From Octopus bimaculoides (Eukaryota): a DNA stretch of 64,000 nucleotides. A program made the position numbers and the translations under genes. The stretch covers positions 65,267,233-65,331,232 of the forward strand of contig NC_068985.1 in NCBI RefSeq assembly GCF_001194135.2, in the 5' to 3' direction. How positions within the stretch are numbered: the first letter of the stretch is position 1; each line of letters opens with the position of its first letter. Under the pieces are notes generated by a model that saw only the letters and a program-made list of their open reading frames with translations, made no database searches and had not been told where the DNA came from. Positions 1 through 12,439 of this stretch are shown one piece after another.

Positions 1-356
1 ACCCTGTCTAAAGTGTAGTGGAGAAGGTGAAGGTTGTCCTGGATCAACCTGCCTGGGATTGCACAGGTTTGTGCCTTCCCGACAAGCTTCTCCATGACAG
101 CCGTCAACCTTTTAGCTAACACCTTGGCCAAAATCTTTATCAGCGTCACAATTCCCCGGCTTACAGAACTGGGAATTCTCCCATTCTGCTGCCAGTTTGC
201 ATAGACACCTGCCAGGACATCCCCAAACAAGTTCGGCATTAAACGATAAAACTCGTAGGGCAGACCATCCAGTCCCGGAGACTTTTCCCCAGCGCACTCG
301 GCCAGCACCCCTCTTACCTCCGTGGGAGTGATCGGGCCTTCACAGCATTCAGCCTC
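1..356 (-). pseudogene. Tx1-like ORF2 reverse transcriptase N-terminal fragment
   Basis: Manual translation: EKSPGLDGLPYEFYRLMPNLFGDVLAGVYANWQQNGRIPSSVSRGIVTLIKILAKVLAKRLTAVMEKLVGKAQTCAIPGRLIQDNLHLL. Confidence 0.85.
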
Positions 357-1160
357 NNNNNNNNNNNNNNNNNNNNNNNNNNNNNNNNNNNNNNNNNNNN
401 NNNNNNNNNNNNNNNNNNNNNNNNNNNNNNNNNNNNNNNNNNNNNNNNNNNNNNNNNNNNNNNNNNNNNNNNNNNNNNNNNNNNNNNNNNNNNNNNNNNN
501 NNNNNNNNNNNNNNNNNNNNNNNNNNNNNNNNNNNNNNNNNNNNNNNNNNNNNNNNNNNNNNNNNNNNNNNNNNNNNNNNNNNNNNNNNNNNNNNNNNNN
601 NNNNNNNNNNNNNNNNNNNNNNNNNNNNNNNNNNNNNNNNNNNNNNNNNNNNNNNNNNNNNNNNNNNNNNNNNNNNNNNNNNNNNNNNNNNNNNNNNNNN
701 NNNNNNNNNNNNNNNNNNNNNNNNNNNNNNNNNNNNNNNNNNNNNNNNNNNNNNNNNNNNNNNNNNNNNNNNNNNNNNNNNNNNNNNNNNNNNNNNNNNN
801 NNNNNNNNNNNNNNNNNNNNNNNNNNNNNNNNNNNNNNNNNNNNNNNNNNNNNNNNNNNNNNNNNNNNNNNNNNNNNNNNNNNNNNNNNNNNNNNNNNNN
901 NNNNNNNNNNNNNNNNNNNNNNNNNNNNNNNNNNNNNNNNNNNNNNNNNNNNNNNNNNNNNNNNNNNNNNNNNNNNNNNNNNNNNNNNNNNNNNNNNNNN
1001 NNNNNNNNNNNNNNNNNNNNNNNNNNNNNNNNNNNNNNNNNNNNNNNNNNNNNNNNNNNNNNNNNNNNNNNNNNNNNNNNNNNNNNNNNNNNNNNNNNNN
1101 NNNNNNNNNNNNNNNNNNNNNNNNNNNNNNNNNNNNNNNNNNNNNNNNNNNNNNNNNNNC

Positions 1161-2046
1161 TTAGCTGATTGCTAAATCTAATGGACTCAAGACGGATGGC
1201 TCTCTTGAGGGCGTGCCACTATCTATTATTAATGGTGGTGCCACATAATGCCCTCTGCACTAACTCCTTAATCCGGGTACGGAAAGCTTCACAAGCCAAA
1301 ATAGACTTGTTCATTTTCCAATACCCGGGTCCCTGTCTATGACACTTATCTAAATGAACCTCACACGTCACAAGTTTGTGATCCATGTAAGGCACAATAC
1401 AAAAATGTGGACAGCTAAAGCTATGCTTATCTCTTTCCTTAACAAAAATTCTGTCTATGTACTATCTGAGTGAGCTGTCATTATTACTCCACGTCCACTG
1501 TGGAACGCTCGGGTCATCCAGTCGGTAGTGGTCTACTAGATTAAAACTCTCTAGTAGACCCTTGAGGCAAGGATTCCCTTTCCTATTGGTGGAGCCTACA
1601 CTATCGACGCGCGCATCGAGAATAGTGTTGAAGTCCCCTAGCAAAACTATAGTTTTAGACGTCAATGAAAAGTACACCAGGTTCCGAAAAAAACCCGACT
1701 GCCCCTGTCCATTAGGAACATAGGCAGCTACCAACCTGAAGGACTGCTTACTTTCATGTGTTACATCTAGGACGACCAGCCTACCTTCTGGGTCCAGAAA
1801 GACAGTACATATCTGTAAGTCCAAGTTTTTCTTGATAAGGACTGCTACGCCTGCACCTCCCCTCTGGCTCAGAGAAATAAACTTCTCGTAACCATTGAGG
1901 AGGGGCAAGAATGCTTCAGGTCCCTTCATCTTGGACTTGGTGATCACAGCCACATCTATTCTATGTGAAATGAGGTCGTCCAGAAAACAAGCCTGTTTCC
2001 ATTTCGACCCCATTCCACGAACTTTTAAACATCCTAACTTAATCAT
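1161..2046 (-). pseudogene. Tx1-like ORF2 apurinic-type endonuclease domain
   Basis: ORF track 1462..2727: MIKLGCLKVRG, GGAGVAVLIK, RLVAAYVPN, VLLGDFN, WTW motifs; in-frame stop at 1462. Confidence 0.85.
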
Positions 2047-2630
2047 CGAGAAAAGAAAGGTATTTACTGACGNNNNNNNNNNNNNNNNNNNNNNNNNNNN
2101 NNNNNNNNNNNNNNNNNNNNNNNNNNNNNNNNNNNNNNNNNNNNNNNNNNNNNNNNNNNNNNNNNNNNNNNNNNNNNNNNNNNNNNNNNNNNNNNNNNNN
2201 NNNNNNNNNNNNNNNNNNNNNNNNNNNNNNNNNNNNNNNNNNNNNNNNNNNNNNNNNNNNNNNNNNNNNNNNNNNNNNNNNNNNNNNNNNNNNNNNNNNN
2301 NNNNNNNNNNNNNNNNNNNNNNNNNNNNNNNNNNNNNNNNNNNNNNNNNNNNNNNNNNNNNNNNNNNNNNNNNNNNNNNNNNNNNNNNNNNNNNNNNNNN
2401 NNNNNNNNNNNNNNNNNNNNNNNNNNNNNNNNNNNNNNNNNNNNNNNNNNNNNNNNNNNNNNNNNNNNNNNNNNNNNNNNNNNNNNNNNNNNNNNNNNNN
2501 NNNNNNNNNNNNNNNNNNNNNNNNNNNNNNNNNNNNNNNNNNNNNNNNNNNNNNNNNNNNNNNNNNNNNNNNNNNNNNNNNNNNNNNNNNNNNNNNNNNN
2601 NNNNNNNNNNNNNNNNNNNNNNNNNNNNNN

Positions 2631-3389
2631 TACATCCCTCCACCGATACACGTATGGTATGCCCCTCCCCTACGAAGACTCTATCTGGCAAATTTTCGAG
2701 GATTGTATTATCGGCCTGAATGACCATTTCAAGGCTCTGACCTTTCCAATTTGTCGCCTCTTTTTTTTAATACTTAGAATCAATAGCTTTCTTTCTACGT
2801 TGTAGATAATAGCAGTTGCTACCCAATACACGTCATAACCATCGGGAATTTCTTCCACTGTAGTTTTTGCCATTCTGCGGCCTAAGTACGTAGGCAGCAG
2901 CATTATTTGTTCGTTTTTAAGTGTCTGGGTTGACACCTCTTTCGCTACGTTTTCTGACTTGAAGTGTGCTTCTATTGTTGCACTCCTCACGCCTCGGCAA
3001 ACGTAGCGAATCTTCTTCCCTATTGGTGACAAGCACCGTTCAACAATTTCATTCTTAACGTCCATAATTTTCTTTTCTTTTAAGTTGTAAACTTTGTAGA
3101 CTACGGTTCTTTTTTTAATGGCTTCGATAGTCTCAGGGGGCGGTACCAACTTTGTTATTTCACCTGTTTTTTCAATTAAGTTTCTGAACTGGAAGAGTTT
3201 CTCCATAGCTACTTCCAGTTCAATTACGTTGCCACCTATGGTGTCAGAAAAACTTTGTTTTGCCTTGTTGTCCTTGGTTGTAACAGTATTTTTTCCTTCT
3301 CCCATCTTGGGAAAGTCGGTCTTTGAAGATAGTTCAAATTCCATATTGTATGTAAACCTTGTCGCAAATGATAAGAAAATAATTTTCAC
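2631..3389 (-). pseudogene. Tx1-like ORF1, frameshifted
   Basis: 239-aa ORF directly upstream of the endonuclease; continues after a frameshift into LPDRVFVGEGHTIRVSVEG, typical of the stretch before an ORF1 zinc knuckle. Confidence 0.6.
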
Positions 3390-4648
3390 AATAACCTAGA
3401 AAGGTTAACAAAAAAACAGAAATTTTCTGCCCCGTAAGGCGAAAATAACTGCAAAACAGTTCAGCATAAAAGTCCAAAATAAATTACTCAAAAAACCACC
3501 AACAAATAAGTAACCAAAGAACGAACTCACATCAAAAATGGTAGCAACAATAAAGACATCCACGACCAGCTGTTTGAAAAAGCCTGTCTAGCCTTCACAA
3601 ATATATATTTTTTCAGTGAAAACACATTCACTGGTTACAAAATTAGAAATGATCATAATTATAAATCTCACAGAGATACATAAGCAGCAGTGTTATGATA
3701 AAGCAGTTGTTTACTGTTGACTCAGAAACATGTCCCTGAATGCAGACTAAAGCTGGGTGAGGAAGCTTGTCTCCGCTTCACAAATATAAGGACACAGGAA
3801 ATGTGTCAAGGCCAACAGGAAGTGGTCCAGCTTCCTAGGGCTAAATAGCAGCAGTATGATTCCCTTAATGGGTCTGTCACATTAAGTTGACAGTAAGCAA
3901 CTGCTTTATCGTAACACTGCTGTGAAATTTATAATTAGATCTCTGTGAAATTTATAATTAGATCATTTATATATATATGTGGAAAAAAGACAAAGTAGAA
4001 AATGCTAAAATACTTTTATAAAGAACATTACAGTACAGGTCTCGATCCTTGAGATTTTTCAACAGTAAATATGAATAATAAATTTTTGAAAAATTATTGA
4101 AAAGTTAAATTTTGGTAAATTTAAAAGAAAAGTCATTTTAAAGACATTTGTATAGTATTCAAATAACGGGCATTTTTCTTGTTTCTGTCTGTCTCTGTTT
4201 CACTTGTTAACTCTTGTGGGTTCGAAGAAGGAGTGCTATGATAGTAGCAGAGTGTTAATTGGTTGGGTGTTCTGACATTGACCTGTTGAAGGTCGTAGTG
4301 ATCTGTATTGTTTATAATGTTTGTGTAGGTGTTATTCTAAACAGCAGTAGTAGTAATAAAGTAAGGGAAGAGGTGGTGGAAAGGAAGACGAAGATGATGG
4401 AGGAGATGAGGGATGGGGAGAAGAAGAGAAATAGTAATAATAGAATGCAGGATAGTGTGATAGTAACTAGTCAAGTGTGTAGTGATTGGGGTTGTTTTTA
4501 TATATTTGTTTATAATTCCTTGAGTATCTATTTGGAGTTTATCATTTTTAATATTTGTGTGTGTTATTCTAAGGTTGTGGTGGATATGTCATTCGTTGTA
4601 AATGCGTTCAGAAAAGGTCTGTATTTTGTGATGAAGAGAGACTTTTTA

Positions 4649-5089
4649 CTAATTCTTTGGCTGTAGGTTGTATCGTCTCTGAATTGATAGAGGGGAAAAA
4701 TTCTGAAACTCGATGTGTTGGCTGAATGCTATTTTTCTGTTTTGGGGAATTTTGATTTGGGATTTGTGCAGAGCCATCCGTTGATGCAGGCTGTTTTTTG
4801 TTTGGCCTGTGTACTGCTCTTGACACCCAGAGCAGGTTAGTGCATATATCAGGTTCTCCGAAGTACATGTGAAGTTACTTTTCACTTTGAAATTTTCTCC
4901 CTGTTTGAAGGACAACTCTGATCCTTCAATTAGATTGATGCATATTCCACAGTTGGGTCTACCGCATTTTTTTACTGACGGCTTCAGTGTTTTTGGTGAG
5001 GGTATTTGAGCTTGTGTTAGGAGACTTTTCATAGATTTGGGCTGTCTCTTGCTTTTTATAATGGTGTGTGTTTGGAGCATTAAGTTCAT
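4649..5089 (-). pseudogene. Penelope-like GIY-YIG endonuclease with Cys linker
   Basis: CGRPNCGIC, NFTCTSENLIYALTCSGCQEQYTGQTKNSLHQRMALH. Confidence 0.88.
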
Positions 5090-5605
5090 TCTGTGGTCCT
5101 TTTTTAGCAGGGGAATGTTTTGAAGTATGGTGTCGAAGGCTTCGTTGTTAAGAGGGTTGTAGGTGGAAATGTATGGTAGGGCTTTTGGTTGTAAGACCTT
5201 CTTTAATTTGGGATGTCTGAGTTGGTGGATGCTGAGTTGAAGGGCTCATTGAAAGCATGTGTCAATTAGTGTAGATGGGTAGTTCGTGGTGGTGAGAGTA
5301 TCTTTTAGTTCATGTAGTCGAGTGTCCCTGGTGGTTGCATTAGAAATTATAGTACATATCCTTTTTGCTAGGTTGAAGGGGATGTTCATTCTGGTGTGTC
5401 TGGGGTGGCATGAGTTGAACGGTAGATATTGCTTTGAGTGCGTGGGTTTAAAGTATATATCTGTTTCTATTACGTTGTTAGATTTCTTAATAAGGATGTC
5501 GAGAAAGGGAAATTGTTGGTGGCTATATTCCATCGTGAATTGAATGTTTACATCAAGTCCATTTATAAGTGCTTGAAATTCTTTAAGTCTCTCTATGCTC
5601 TCATG

Positions 5606-6538
5606 TCACAGAATGAAACAGTCATCCAGGTATCTCTTCCAGTTATTTTCTATGTATAGGGAGAATGGGCTGTCGTATCTTTTTTTAACCTTATTATAAA
5701 GACTAATTTCTAGATATCCCATGACTAGGTTAGCAAAGGAGAGGGCCATTCTCGTACCCATCACAGTCCCCGATAAATGTCGGTAGAAGTTATCATGGAA
5801 TGCAAAATAGTTGTTCTCCAAGATAAATTTGAGCACTTCTATCACAAATTCTTTTTTGATACGCTGGGGGAGTTCGTTGGTGTAATTCTCTAGCCAGAAT
5901 TGAATTGCTTCTATTTCTAGGTTATGGGGGATATTGGAATAGAGGTTGACTACATCGACGGATACTAGTAAAGTGTTTTTGTTTATTGTTTCAGGAAGGT
6001 GGTTGAGCATATCCAGGTCGTCTCTTACGTAGCTTTTTACATGTTTGAGGAATAGTTTTAGGAGGATATCTAAACAGTTACTGAGGCGGTGGATTTCGCA
6101 TGTGGGACCTGCTATTATAGGTCTCAATTTGAGGTCATTTGGGGTAGGGACATTGATTATTATGTCTGTAGCTATCTTGCATGCGTTACTTATTTTTTCA
6201 CTTTTGTGTATCTTGGGAATGCCGTAGAATTGACTGATTTTAGTTTTCAAATTGGTCATGCAGTCATATTCTTTGTCGGTGAGTCCTTCTGTGTATAGGT
6301 TTAACATGGATTTTAAGTCTCTCATTGTCTTCTGTTGACTGTAGTGTTGAGTCTTTTCATAATATGTTGTGTCTTCTAACATGGATAATACTAAAGTTAT
6401 ATAGTATACTGTGTCTATTAAGACGACTGCACTCCCTTTATCAGCCTCTTTGATAGTTATTGTTTTGTCATCTTTTAATTTGTTTAGCTCAGCCCATTCT
6501 TTTTTGCTGAAGTTTGGTTTGTGTTTTTGTTTGTGCAT
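5606..6538 (-). pseudogene. Penelope-like RT core
   Basis: 310-aa ORF with ADKG, KIHK, RPII, YLDD; adjacent pieces at 6626-6880 and 5246-5533 are in other frames. Confidence 0.9.
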
Positions 6539-7529
6539 ATGTTGATATGTGTAATTCGAGATGTGTTCACAGAAATGATCAAGAGTTTTGTTCTTACCTT
6601 TTGAGGGGGTGTAGTTACTTCTATTTCAGACTAACGATTCGTCCTCATTGTATTTGTCGTATAGCTCCTCAGAGAGTCGTAATTTTCTACAGAATTCCAC
6701 AATGTCTTCTTTCATTTCATTGTAGTTGGAGCGTTGTGGGATGGGTGTAAACTTGAGTCCTTTGGAGAGTATACTGATTTGGTCTCCTGTTATTTCTTTG
6801 TGAGTTAGATTGATAATTTTTATCACATTTGGTTCCTTCTGTGTTATCTCGTGTCTCTGTGTTTGTGTGCTGATAAACTTCCAATAGATACTCAAGGAAA
6901 TAAAAAAACAACCCCAATCACTACACACTTGACTAGTTACTATCACACTATCCTGCATTCTATTATTACTATTTCTCTTCTTCTCCCCATCCCTCATCTT
7001 CTCCATCATCTTCGTCTTCCTTTCCACCACCTCTTCCCTTACTTTATTACTACTACTGCTGTTTAGAATAACACCTACACAAACATTATAAACAGTACAG
7101 ATCACTACGACCGTCAACAGGTCAATGTCAGAACACCCAACCAATTAACACTCTGCTACTATCATAGCACTCCTTCTTCGAACCCACAAGAGTTAACAAG
7201 TGAAACAGAGACAGACAGACAGAAACAAGAAAAATGCCCGTTATTTGAATACTATACAAATATGTCTTTAAAAAGACTTTTCTTTTAAATTTACCAAAAT
7301 TTAACTTTTCAATAATTTTTCAAAAATTTATTATTCATATTTACTGTTGAAAAGATCTCAAGGATCGAAACCAGTACTGTAATGTTCTTCATAAAAGTAT
7401 TTTAGCATTTTCTACTTTGTCTTTTTCCATATATATATCTACTCGTGTGTTCCTCTTCAACCTTTTACATATATATATTTTTTTTTTTTTGAAAGAAATG
7501 AAGCTAGTATGCTTGACTGGATGTGAGTG

Positions 7530-8075
7530 TGCATGCATGAGAGTGTGTAAATATCTTAAGAGAAAAGCTGGGCATAAGAAGCATCAGATGTAGTGTACAA
7601 GAGAGATGACTGCTTTGGTACGGTCATGTGATGTATATGGATGTGGACAGTTGTGTGAAGAAGTACTAATCTCTACCAGTCGAAGGAAGCTGTAAAAGAG
7701 AGAGACCCAGGAAGAAATGGGATAAGGTGGTGAAGCATGATCTTCCAATATTGAGCCTCATGGAGGCAATGACTAGTGACTGAGTCCTTTGGCAATATGC
7801 CATGCTTGAGAAGACCAGTCAAGCCAATTGAAATAGTAGTTGTTGCAGATATTGGTGTCATGCAAACTGACACCTGTACTGGTGGCATGTAAAAGCACCC
7901 ATTACACTCTCAGAGTGGTTGGCATTAGAAAGGGCATCCAGCTGTAGAAACCAATGCCAAATCAGACTAGAGTCTAAAGCAGTGCCTCAGCTTACCAGCC
8001 CTGGTCAAGCCATCCAACCCATGCCAGCATGGACAACAGACGTTAAATGATGATGATGATGTTGATATATATATA
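7530..8075 (+). mobile_element. RTE-type LINE 3' end with (ATG)n tail
   Basis: Decayed GRPRKTWDEVVKHDL-like coding end, GCATGTAAAAAGCACC..GGAAGGGCATCCAGCTGTAGAAA 3' UTR, ATGATGATG tail; homologous to 21109-21770 and 26040-26890. Confidence 0.75.
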
Positions 8076-8089
8076 TATATATATATATC

Positions 8090-8930
8090 ATCATCATCAT
8101 CATCATTATCATCATCATCATTTAACATTTGCCTTCCATGCTGATAGGAGCTTGCACTAGACTTCTGTGTCTGTTTTGACAAGGTTTTTACAGTTGGATG
8201 CCCTTCCTAACACCAACCACCCAACAGAGTGAACTGAGTGGTTTTTACATGGCACAAACTTAGGCAATGTCAATTTTGGCATGGTTTTTACAGATGGATG
8301 CCCTTCCAAATGCCAACCACTTTACAGTGTAGACTGGATGCTTTTTACGTGGCCTCAGCACCATTAGGATCACCAAGTAACTTGCAAAACAAATATACTT
8401 TGAGAGAGGAGAGGGCATTGGAGGAGGTAACCTTGTGTCAGATGATGAAAGGTTATAGTGAGACAGAGAGATGGAAACAGGTGTCTTGCTGCAGAGGAGG
8501 TACATGGTTACCCAGCCATTGACAGAGAGAGAGAGAGACTGAGTGATCAAAAATGAGGACAGAAACAGGTGCGCTGCTGTAAAGGAGATACATGGCTACC
8601 CAACCTGAGAGAAAAGCAGGGGAAGGAGAAAGTGCAGGAGACAGCAAGAGTACAAGAGAGAGCAGGAGATAGATGGTGGCAAAGTGCCAGGCATACTCAC
8701 AAGGGACAAGGGTCAGAATATAAATGAGATGGTTGAATAAAAGAAGGAAGAGATAGATGGTGGCAAGTGCCAGGGCATACCCTTGAGGCATTGCCAAAAA
8801 AGTGTGAGCAGAGAGTGGGATAGGGGAATACAGTGAGTGGTAGGCCACCAGATAGCAATGATATAGAGAACGGGGCCAAGAGGACAGGATTCAGGAGTGA
8901 GAGATAAGCATAGTACATGAAAGAGATGTG
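8090..8930 (-). mobile_element. Non-autonomous element/SINE sharing the RTE 3' tail
   Basis: (ATC)n tail then two reverse-strand copies of the GGAAGGGCATCC 3' module; GA-rich body. Confidence 0.6.
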
Positions 8931-8963
8931 TATACTAACAAATATGGTACCAAAAAATCAATA

Positions 8964-10200
8964 TCTATAAAACACAAGATGTTTGTGTGTGTGTGTACGT
9001 GATGTGGGTTATGCACGTCCACAAATTAGCATGCATGTCGCTCCAATTTTAGGAGGACATTGTTCATGACCCTATCTTTGTTTTTGTCAACTTTTTCTCA
9101 CAGAGGCACCCGCGTATAGCTGTAAAAATCGATAAACTTTTACCAATTTTGAAGTTTGTTGACATGGCGAAGTCAAATCTGTGCGTACACGCGTGAAGGA
9201 GAGAGAGCAAGAGAGAGAGAAAGAAAGAAAGAGAGAGAGAAAGAAAGAAAGAGAGAAAGAAAGAGAGAAAGAAAGAAATAGTGTGCTTGTGACAAGGGGA
9301 GAAACAGAGTGTTTGCCAAGGGTCTACAAAAAAAAAATGAAAAAGTTGAAGAGGGAGACAAAGCGGCTATGGAAAAAAAAATTTCTCTCACCNNNNNNNN
9401 NNNNNNNNNNNNNNNNNNNNNNNNNNNNNNNNNNNNNNNNNNNNNNNNNNNNNNNNNNNNNNNNNNNNNNNNNNNNNNNNNNNNNNNNNNNNNNNNNNNN
9501 NNNNNNNNNNNNNNNNNNNNNNNNNNNNNNNNNNNNNNNNNNNNNNNNNNNNNNNNNNNNNNNNNNNNNNNNNNNNNNNNNNNNNNNNNNNNNNNNNNNN
9601 NNNNNNNNNNNNNNNNNNNNNNNNNNNNNNNNNNNNNNNNNNNNNNNNNNNNNNNNNNNNNNNNNNNNNNNNNNNNNNNNNNNNNNNNNNNNNNNNNNNN
9701 NNNNNNNNNNNNNNNNNNNNNNNNNNNNNNNNNNNNNNNNNNNNNNNNNNNNNNNNNNNNNNNNNNNNNNNNNNNNNNNNNNNNNNNNNNNNNNNNNNNN
9801 NNNNNNNNNNNNNNNNNNNNNNNNNNNNNNNNNNNNNNNNGGGTTAGGGTTAGAGTTAACATAGAAGGGACAGGCTCCTTATTTTTTGGTTAAGGTTGTT
9901 GGTAAGCTTTCCTAAGTTACTCCAATCCAGATCCCCAATGCAAACCTTCAGATCAACCTTCTCCTATGCAGATCTCTAATGCAACATTTAAAAAAAGAGT
10001 CAATAAGTGAAAATAACCAATAAACTGATTCCTTATGGGATTTCCCAATCAAATTGCCAGCAAACCATTTTCAGCCAAACCAATTTCAACGGATTTCGCT
10101 CAAATCTGATGTCGATGTTACTTATTTTGGTTTGAAATAAAGGATTTAATCATTTAATAATCCTAGCTTAATCCCGGGCAGCACCGGGTTATACTGCTAG
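8964..10200 (+). mobile_element. Non-autonomous Helitron
   Basis: A|TC 5' end (8964), GT and GA microsatellites, 3' hairpin CCCGG-gcagca-CCGGG then CTAG|T at 10197-10201; 5' part homologous to 63829-64000. Confidence 0.8.
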
Positions 10201-10773
10201 TTGTTAATAAAAAAGACAAATATAGAGATGTGTGTGTGTGTCTTTATATATGTGTTTATATTGCCAATGCTTAAAAATTAGTGTTCTTTGGTTTATATCC
10301 AATAACTTGGTGATTCAACAAATAACCAATATGGTTGCAGTCCCATGATTAAAACAAGTATAAAAGTAAAAATAATGATAGAAACATGGTGTTTATTTGA
10401 CATTTGCTAAATGCAGGTTAATAGGAACCAATAACAGAGCTCAGAGAGAAGGAAGGGGGGAGATATGCATGTATAGCTAAAAGTTAGTATTAATTATTAG
10501 CTTAGTACTTATTTGAATTCCTTCAGCCCTCAATGAGAGATGGATGAGAGGGAGAGATGAAAAGAATTTTATACATGAACACTTATCTTACCTGAACCCT
10601 AACAGTTGAGAGTGATGAAATTTAGTGATATGTGCATCACAGCTAAAGGTTTGTAGGCAGACACTAATAAATTAGATTCTAATAAATATACTAAATCTAA
10701 TTTGAGCAGGTATTTTGAACACAGTTGCTGTTTTAAGTGACTTACATTAGAGAAAAACTCTTCTGGTTTAGTA

Positions 10774-12044
10774 CAAGGAGTGTTCATTAAAGATCTCCCT
10801 TGACCCACTTCCAGTTTTGTAGGAAATGGAACTTGTACAGGTATAATCATACATGTCGCTACATGTCACATTGTAAATTGCAGCTGGTATTCATTTGTCT
10901 TTTACAACTGCTGAAGTGGACTAAAGTGTTATAATGGAGGTAGTTGAATGATCAAGTTCTTATACTTGAAAGGTTACACACCAAAAGAGACTTTCAATGA
11001 GATGAAAGAAGTTTATGATGATGATGCACCATCAGATGACATAGTCAAGCACTGGCATTGCCAGTTCAAATGTGGTCTGACATTGGTAGAAACTGCTCCT
11101 ATTTCTGGATGACCAGATTCCACCATTGATGACGACACCATCCATAAAGTGGAAGCTGCCACTTTGGAGGATTGTTGCACAACTACTTGGCAACTAACCC
11201 AAGAAGTGAGGATAAGTGTATGGTTCATGGAAAAAAATCATTTACAATCATTTGCACATGCTACAGAAGTTGTCTGCACGATAGATTCCCTGGATGCTCA
11301 CACCTTTTCAGAAGCAGGAACAAGTCAATTGTTCCCAGGCTCTTTTGGTAATGTGCCTAGAAAATGAGGACTTTTTCGGCAGACTTATCACACAGGATGA
11401 AACATGGGTCCATCACTATGATCCTGAAACTAAAGTCCAGTTGAAGCGATGGAAACATAACTCACCACCTCCAAACAAAGCTCATGTCCAACCCTCAGCA
11501 GGCAAGGTGATGCACACAGTCTTTTGGGACCAGTGCAGCGTAGTGATAGTGGATTTTCTGGTAAAGGACACCACAGTTAACAGGGCATATTATGCTTCTC
11601 TGCTGCAGAAATTGCAGGATGCTATCAAAGCAAAGAGGCGAGGCATGCTGACCAAAGAAGTCCTCTTCCTCCAAGACAACAACCCAGTTCACAATGGGTA
11701 TGTTGTCCAGATGAAAGCACACTCCTGTGGCTATGAAATCTTTCCTCATCCCCCTTACTCTCCTGATCTCGCACTATCTGACTTCCACTTCTTTCCAACC
11801 ATGAAGTCTTTTTTGAAGGGGAAGCACTTTTCGGATGATGATGAATTTATTACTGATGTAAAGTCTCGGTTCCAGATACAACCTGCTGACTTCTACAGAC
11901 GTGGTCTTCACAGTTGCGTAAAGCAATGAGAGTGTGTCAGTATTGGTGGTGGCTATGTAGAGAAGGACTAATAATTATGCCAAGTCTCATTTATCCCAGT
12001 CCTTAGGAAGTGGGTCAGGGGAAGTCTTTAAAGAACACTCTTCG
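10774..12044 (+). mobile_element. mariner (DD34D) transposon, full length, decayed
   Basis: ~40-bp TIRs (CAAGGAGTGTTCATTAAAG.. / ..CTTTAAAGAACACTCTTCG) flanked by TA; ORF with QDETWVHHY, QDNNPVH, HPPYSPDLALSDF. Confidence 0.93.
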
Positions 12045-12439
12045 TAATAACACTGAAACTGATAACTTTGATAAAAAATAATTATAGAAAATTTTATTTT
12101 TAAGCATCTAAGCTTTGTTCTTGGATTTATTTGGTGTAAGTAATTTTATTTTTATAATACAATGAAGGTAAAGTGTGATGTGCCTGAATTTTACCTGGTC
12201 TTAGTCTACATGGGTTGATAAAAATAATTAAATCATAAATAGAAGAAAGATTGTTTTAATTTTGATTTGAGAAATCTGTATTTGTTGAATAACATACTTC
12301 TTTGTTTCTTTTGACAAATAATAACTAGTTTTCTGATAAATATTTCAAAATTCTTTATGATTATACCTTATACACTATTTGTTTGCAAATTTTAGCAGGT
12401 CATAAACATGACATTATGTAATAATGATATACCCAAAGT

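Larger units (their letters stand above)
1..3600 (-). mobile_element. Tx1/L1-clade non-LTR retrotransposon (ORF1 + APE endonuclease + start of RT), decayed, runs off the window
   Basis: Collinear minus-strand ORF1 (2631-3389), endonuclease (MIKLGCLKVRG...LLGDFN) and RT motifs (KSPGLDGLPYEFY, KILAKVLAKRL, QTCAIPGRLIQDNL); 5' boundary approximate; two N gaps. Confidence 0.85.
3981..7428 (-). mobile_element. Penelope-like element (RT + C-terminal GIY-YIG) with inverted pseudo-LTRs
   Basis: IINL..SKGLKFTP, IKEADKGSAVV, KIHK, LRPIIAG, DVVNLYSNIP, GTVMGT, KRYLDD, FLD, CGRPNCGIC, NLIYALTC..YTGQT..LHQRMALH; 3981-4501 is the reverse complement of 6902-7428; (TA)n on both flanks. Confidence 0.92.

Noticed and set aside
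3735-3850. Short open frame KHVPECRLKLGEE.. as an exon
   Set aside because: Weak acceptor and no recognisable homology
4259-4666. MVGCSDID.. ORF as a separate gene
   Set aside because: Antisense reading of the pseudo-LTR; diverges from its twin exactly at the repeat boundary
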